From contig JBBSVV010000026.1 in NCBI GenBank assembly GCA_038046625.1, positions 1 to 16,466 of the forward strand: a stretch of DNA of 16,466 bases, read 5' to 3'. This DNA comes from an archaeon (GTDB lineage Archaea; Iainarchaeota; Iainarchaeia; Iainarchaeales; Iainarchaeaceae). A program made the translations under genes and the position numbers. Of this stretch, positions 14,952 through 16,466 are shown one piece after another (position 1 is the first letter of the stretch; the number at the start of each line of letters is the position of its first letter). The notes under the pieces were generated by a model, which worked only from the letters and a program-made list of their open reading frames with translations, was not told the origin of the DNA and searched no databases.

Positions 14952-15836
14952 TCACATTCCGCGCAGCCTTTTCACGCGGTCCCCAATTTTAGGGTGCGTG
15001 TCAAACATGCCGTCAAACCATGCTTTGCGGTTCTTCAAAGGATTGTCGATGTACAAATGTGCGGTTGCGCTGTTTGCGGCCTCGAGCACTTCCTTATCCG
15101 AACCGATTTTTTCAAGTGCGCTCGCCAGGCCTTCAGGATTCCTTGTTAACATTACGCCGGAAGCATCCGCAAGGTATTCCCTTTGGCGGGAAATCGCGAA
15201 CTTCAGGAGCATTGCAACAATAGGAGTTATTATTGCAAGCACTATTCCCACAACAAGGAGTATCAGCCCGCCCCTTCCCCTATTACCACCATGCTTGCCC
15301 CAGAGGATGCTCCTCAGGATAATGTCGCTCAAAAGCGCTGTAAGGCCCACAAAAACAACAACAAGCATCATGAGCCTGATGTCATAGTTCTTTATGTGGC
15401 TCATCTCGTGCGCAATTACCCCCTCGAGCTCCTGCCTGTCAAGCCTCTGAAGCAGGCCTGAAGTGACAACAATGATGCTGTGCCCGGGGTTTCTTCCCGT
15501 TGCAAACGCGTTCAATGCCGTGTCATTGATTACATACGCCTTTGGAGCAGGGATTCCCGCCGCAATAGCGAGGCCCTCAATGAGGCTGTAGAGATAAATG
15601 TTATCCTTCCTTTGCAGTTCCTTTGCGCCGCTAATCGCGAGAACAATCCTGTCCGCAAAGTAATAACTGAACGTGACATAAATCAAAAGAAAAATCAGGC
15701 CGATTATTATGCCAATGGTTCCGCCTCCGCCGAACCATATTTCGCCGAGAACCCAGGAAAGAAAAAGAATGAAAACGGAGAAAAACGCAACGAGAATTAT
15801 TGTGTTGCGATTATTCTCCGAAATCTGCTCGTACAT
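14952..15836 (-). CDS. htpX: HtpX-like M48 family membrane zinc metalloprotease, 294 aa
   Basis: Two N-terminal TM helices, NAFATGRNP, ELEGVIAHEMSHIKNYD (HExxH), two further TM helices, SRQREYLADA, THP...RV. Confidence 0.95.
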   Translation of the reverse strand: MYEQISENNRNTIILVAFFSVFILFLSWVLGEIWFGGGGTIGIIIGLIFLLIYVTFSYYFADRIVLAISGAKELQRKDNIYLYSLIEGLAIAAGIPAPKAYVINDTALNAFATGRNPGHSIIVVTSGLLQRLDRQELEGVIAHEMSHIKNYDIRLMMLVVVFVGLTALLSDIILRSILWGKHGGNRGRGGLILLVVGIVLAIITPIVAMLLKFAISRQREYLADASGVMLTRNPEGLASALEKIGSDKEVLEAANSATAHLYIDNPLKNRKAWFDGMFDTHPKIGDRVKRLRGM

Positions 15837-15846
15837 CCGGTTTCAC

Positions 15847-16407
15847 TCAGAAGCTTACCTTGACGTTGCTTCTCGCGGCTTCCTCTATCTCGAAGTATTC
15901 CTTCTTCCTGAAGCCGAAAATTCCCGCTATTATGCTGTCAGGCATAACCTCGGCCTTGGTGTTGTACTGCAAAACCGTGTCATTGTAGAACTGCCGCGTA
16001 TACGCAATCTTCGATTCTATCGAGGAAAGCTCCTCCTGAAGCATGAGGAAATTCTGGTTCGCCTTGAGTTCAGGGTATGCCTCCGCAACCGCAAACAGGC
16101 TCTTCAATGCGCCCGAAAGCAGGTTTGAAGCCAGCGAAGTTTCCTTCACGCCCTTGGCATTGGCCATCTGGGCCCTTGCCTCGGTAACCATCTTGAAGGT
16201 TTCCTTCTCGTGCTTCGCATAGCCCTTCACAGTTTCAATGAGATTCGGCACCAAATCAAAACGCCTCTTCAATTGAACGTCAATCTGGCTCCACGCATTC
16301 TCGAACCTGTTCCTCAGCACGACAAAACTATTGTATGCGAGCAGGAACCACAATGCAAGAACGGCAACCGCTACAATTACAATTCCTAAAATAATCTCCA
16401 AAGCCAT
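15847..16407 (-). CDS. lemA: LemA family protein, 186 aa
   Basis: N-terminal [61 protein letters not shown]...E.KIAY.RQFYN. Lies 10 bp upstream of htpX, the known lemA-htpX pairing. Confidence 0.97.
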   Translation of the reverse strand: MALEIILGIVIVAVAVLALWFLLAYNSFVVLRNRFENAWSQIDVQLKRRFDLVPNLIETVKGYAKHEKETFKMVTEARAQMANAKGVKETSLASNLLSGALKSLFAVAEAYPELKANQNFLMLQEELSSIESKIAYTRQFYNDTVLQYNTKAEVMPDSIIAGIFGFRKKEYFEIEEAARSNVKVSF

Positions 16408-16412
16408 TAAAG

Positions 16413-16451
16413 CACCTCCAATTGTATTCTCCGCACAAAACTTTATTTAAA
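16413..16451 (-). promoter_or_regulatory. Putative lemA promoter (TATA-like TTTAAATA) and Shine-Dalgarno GGAGGTG
   Basis: Minus-strand TTTAAATA at 16444-16451; GGAGGTG at 16413-16419, 5 nt upstream of ATG 16407. Confidence 0.65.
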
Positions 16452-16466
16452 ATAGTACCCTGAAAA

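Noticed and set aside
6864..16128. Remaining short alternative-frame and antisense ORFs across the sugar cluster and htpX/lemA (e.g. 12782-13249, 14252-14686, 15709-16128)
   Set aside because: Largely or wholly nested in well-supported genes and lacking recognisable protein features.
14952..16407. lemA-htpX as a novel system or as part of the sugar island
   Set aside because: A well-known, widespread gene pair with no sequence evidence of a functional link to the sugar genes.
1..16466. CRISPR array, tRNA/rRNA, IS/integrase, diversity-generating retroelement repeats or stop-codon recoding
   Set aside because: I saw no regularly spaced DNA repeats, cloverleaf, transposase/RT motifs or near-identical TR/VR pair by eye. 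All genes read full-length under the standard code with TGA, TAG and TAA as stops. A self dot-plot and tRNAscan/Infernal run would be needed to exclude subtle cases.

Overview
A gene-dense prokaryotic window with nine credible CDSs. It is probably archaeal and DPANN-like (Iainarchaeota/Diapherotrites or Micrarchaeota type). This is inferred from TATA-like boxes about 25-30 nt upstream of apparently leaderless starts, a GGAGGTG ribosome-binding site and the architecture of the giant protein; no marker gene is present. From left to right: (1) a ~2,218-aa N-terminally anchored surface protein with seven carboxypeptidase-regulatory/CnaB-like beta-sandwich repeats and a vWA (MIDAS) domain; (2) an ~8-kb, six-gene carbohydrate cluster encoding a GH130 phosphorylase-like protein, a GT4::(alpha/alpha)-toroid fusion, a PfkB kinase::NagB glucosamine-6-phosphate deaminase fusion, a PIG-L/LmbE deacetylase, a second GT4 and a GH100/GDE-like (alpha/alpha)6 glycosidase; (3) the lemA-htpX pair. 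The best candidate for an undescribed system is the sugar cluster, especially the kinase-deaminase fusion transcribed divergently from a deacetylase + glycosyltransferase pair. This suggests a self-contained build/deacetylate/cleave/recycle pathway for an unknown amino-sugar glycoside. I saw no rRNA, tRNA, CRISPR array or mobile element. All family assignments come from motif recognition by eye, not database searches.
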